41,817 nucleotides of DNA, taken from contig CAMFHW010000001.1 of NCBI GenBank assembly GCA_945952175.1, positions 1-41,817 on the forward strand, given 5' to 3'. This DNA is from an uncultured Phenylobacterium sp. Lineage in GTDB: Bacteria; Pseudomonadota; Alphaproteobacteria; Caulobacterales; Caulobacteraceae. The notes under the pieces are model-generated. The model saw nothing but the letters and a program-made list of their open reading frames with translations, had not been told where the DNA came from and searched no databases. Within the stretch, counting starts at the first letter, position 1, and every line of letters begins with the position of its first letter. Both the position numbers and the translations under genes were made by a program. Positions 39,572 through 41,817 of this stretch are shown here, piece by piece.

Positions 39572-39597
39572 GCCCTCTCCCGCAAGCGGGAGAGGGC
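39572..39597. terminator. GC-rich hairpin between convergent genes (repeat-derived or bidirectional terminator)
   Basis: GCCCTCTCCCGC-AA-GCGGGAGAGGGC perfect palindrome. Confidence 0.6.
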
Positions 39598-39605
39598 AAG
39601 AGAGC

Positions 39606-41282
39606 CTAGAGGTCCAGCGAGCGGCCCTTGGTCTCCGGCAGGAACAGCAGGCAGGTCACCACCGACAGCGCCGTGAAGGCGAAGGGGTACCAGAGGCCGG
39701 AATAGATGTTGCCCACCGCGGCCACGATGGCGAAGGCCGTGAAGGGCACGAAGCCGCCGATCCAGCCCGTGCCGATGTGGTAGGGCAGCGACATGGCGGT
39801 GTAGCGGATGCGAGTCGGGAACAGTTCCACCAAGCAGGCGGCGATCGGGCCGAACAGGGCGGTGGCGGCGATCACGAAGACGAACAGCACGCCCAGCAGG
39901 CCGGGGATGTTCATCCGCGCCGGGTCGGCCTTGGCCGGGTAGCCGGCGGCGGCCAGCGCCTTCTTGATGTCACCCTCGACCTTGGTCTTCACGGCCTTGG
40001 CCTCGGCCTTCGGCAGGCCCTTGGCCGAGGCGGTCTCGACGACCGTCGAGCCGATGCGGACCTCGGCCTTGGAGCCGGCGACGCCCGGCCGGTTGTCGTA
40101 GGAGACCCCGGCATTGGCGAGCACGCTCTTGGCGATGTCGCAGGAGCTGACGAAGCTCGCCTTGCCGACCGGGTCGAACTGCAGCGAGCACTCGGCCTTG
40201 TCGGCCACGACCACGACCGGCGTGCGCGCCTGCGCCTCGGCCAGGGCCGGGTTGGCGGTCTGGGTCAGCATGTGGAAGCCGGGGAAGTAGGCGACCAGCA
40301 TCAGGGTCATGCCGAACAGCATGACCGGCTTGCGGCCGATGCGGTCCGACAGCCAGCCGAACACCACGTAGAAGACGGCGCTGACCGCGGTCGCGACCAT
40401 CATCAGCCAGTTGATGGTCTCCGGCGCGACCTTCAGGAACTTGTCGAGGAAGGTCTGCACATAGAAGAACGCCGTGTACCAGACCGCGCCCTGGGCCGAC
40501 ATGATGGCGGCGAGCGCGATCAGCACCAGCTTCAGGTTCTTCCACTGGCCGAACGCCTCGCTGTAGGGCGCCGACGACTGGCCGCCCTCCGCCTTCATCT
40601 TGGCGAAGGCCGGGCTCTCGGAGAGCTTCAGCCGCATGAAGATCGAGACGGCCAGCAGGCCGGCCGAGAACAGGAAGGGGATCCGCCAGCCCCAGGCGTC
40701 GAACGCCGCGGGCCCGAAGGCGGCGCCCACCACCAGCCGCGTGGTCAGGATCACCAGCAGGGCGGCGAACAGGCCGAAAGCGGCCGAGGTCTGCACCCAG
40801 CTCGTCGAGCGCCCGCGCGCATTGTGCGGGGCGTGCTCGGCCACATAGATCGCGGCCCCGCCATATTCGCCGCCGAGCGCGAAGCCCTGGATGATCCGCA
40901 TCAGGACCAGCAGGGCCGGCGCGATGATCCCGGCCTGGGCATAGGAGGGCAGAAGGCCGATGGCGACGGTCGCGCCGCCCATCAGCACCACGGTGACCAG
41001 GAAGGCGCCCTTGCGGCCGGCGCGGTCGCCGATGCGGCCGAACACCAGGGCGCCGATGGGCCGGAAGGCGAAGCCCGCGCCGAACAGGGCGAGCGCGGCG
41101 ATATAGCCGGCGGTCTCGTTGAGCCCCGAGAAGAAGGTCTTGGAGATGATCGTCGTCAGGCTGCCGAAGACGAAGAAGTCGTACCATTCGAAGGTGGTGC
41201 CGGCCGCCGACGCGGCCACGACCGTTTGCAAAGACGCGCCCTTGGCCGGCGCTTCAGTCGTAGTCGCGGCGATCTCCGCCAT
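39606..41282 (-). CDS. MFS transporter, metabolite:H+ symporter (MHS) family
   Basis: GTTFEWYDF, FRPIGALVFGRIGDRAGRK, QGFALGGEYGGA, WGWRIPF, ESPAF, SDRIGRK, ELFPTRIRY, LPET. Confidence 0.95.
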   Translation of the reverse strand: MAEIAATTTEAPAKGASLQTVVAASAAGTTFEWYDFFVFGSLTTIISKTFFSGLNETAGYIAALALFGAGFAFRPIGALVFGRIGDRAGRKGAFLVTVVLMGGATVAIGLLPSYAQAGIIAPALLVLMRIIQGFALGGEYGGAAIYVAEHAPHNARGRSTSWVQTSAAFGLFAALLVILTTRLVVGAAFGPAAFDAWGWRIPFLFSAGLLAVSIFMRLKLSESPAFAKMKAEGGQSSAPYSEAFGQWKNLKLVLIALAAIMSAQGAVWYTAFFYVQTFLDKFLKVAPETINWLMMVATAVSAVFYVVFGWLSDRIGRKPVMLFGMTLMLVAYFPGFHMLTQTANPALAEAQARTPVVVVADKAECSLQFDPVGKASFVSSCDIAKSVLANAGVSYDNRPGVAGSKAEVRIGSTVVETASAKGLPKAEAKAVKTKVEGDIKKALAAAGYPAKADPARMNIPGLLGVLFVFVIAATALFGPIAACLVELFPTRIRYTAMSLPYHIGTGWIGGFVPFTAFAIVAAVGNIYSGLWYPFAFTALSVVTCLLFLPETKGRSLDL

Positions 41283-41355
41283 GCATCCCTCCCCGGAACT
41301 TGCGGGGATGGTCTAGCATCGGCTTGCGATCGGGCGAAAGGGCGCTCCCCCGAGT

Positions 41356-41376
41356 TCCTCCCCCAACGGGGGAGGA
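41356..41376 (-). terminator. Short hairpin after the receiver-domain gene
   Basis: TCCTCCCCC-AAC-GGGGGAGGA directly after the stop codon; no clear U-tract. Confidence 0.4.
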
Positions 41377-41379
41377 CCT

Positions 41380-41817
41380 TTAGGCGGCGGCTTCGTCGCC
41401 GGCCTCGACGACGGCCTCGGCCAGGCGGGCGATCTCGGTGAGCAGGGCGGCGGGGGAAATGGGCTTGCCGACCACGCCGGCCATGCCCGCTTCCAGATAG
41501 GCGTTGCGCTGGTGCGACAGGACGTTGGCGGTCAGCGCCACGATCGGGACCTGGGCCGCCGGCCCGCCCAGGGCGCGAATGCGGCGGGCCGCCTCCAGGC
41601 CGTCGATGCCGGGCATCTGGACGTCCATCAGGATCAGGTCGAAGGCCCCGCGGGCCGCGGCCTCGACGCCCAGATAGCCGTCGGCGGCGGTCTCGACGCT
41701 GGCGCCGAGGTTCTCCAGCAGCTTGGTGGCGATGGTGCGGTTGGTGGCGTTGTCCTCCACCACCAGGATGTTCAGGCCTTCGAGAGCGCCGTCGGCGGTC
41801 TGGTCGGCGACCTGCGG
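41380..41817 (-). CDS. C-terminal receiver domain, probably of a hybrid histidine kinase (5'-truncated by window edge)
   Basis: LNILVVEDNATNR, ILMDVQMP, ALTAN, GKP; frame open to the window end. Confidence 0.88.
   Translation of the reverse strand, partial: PQVADQTADGALEGLNILVVEDNATNRTIATKLLENLGASVETAADGYLGVEAAARGAFDLILMDVQMPGIDGLEAARRIRALGGPAAQVPIVALTANVLSHQRNAYLEAGMAGVVGKPISPAALLTEIARLAEAVVEAGDEAAA

Overview
GC-rich alphaproteobacterial chromosome segment. Gene content and order point to Caulobacteraceae, probably Phenylobacterium-like (inference). It is mostly core genome: guanidine-II riboswitch plus gdx/sugE; the rplU-rpmA-GNAT-obgE-proB-proA-nadD-rsfS-rlmH-envC/ldpF-ctpA-yibQ-rppH run on the minus strand, interrupted by a hybrid histidine kinase and a LysR/enol-lactonase pair; a Zur-box locus (CDF exporter / COG0523 GTPase, two exbD genes, WD40 protein); mtgA; a KidO-like pseudo-aldo-keto reductase followed by a degenerate SpsF-like cytidylyltransferase; a molybdenum-cofactor cluster (moaADEBC-moeA, mocA, xdhC) with a Tat-exported IorAB-type oxidoreductase and cytochrome c; truncated cysG; a phosphotransferase; an MFS transporter. 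I saw no tRNA, rRNA, CRISPR array, prophage or transposase. The best leads are the apparently CtrA-controlled pair of degenerate enzymes (KidO plus an SpsF-like neighbour), a single Zur box between opposing zinc functions, a forced non-canonical (CTG) start for rsfS, an atypical N-terminally extended ProA, a membrane-anchored class A beta-lactamase-like protein, and palindromic repeats at every non-overlapping convergent gene junction, one with a second element nested inside. All family assignments come from motif recognition by eye; no searches were run, so novelty is unverified.
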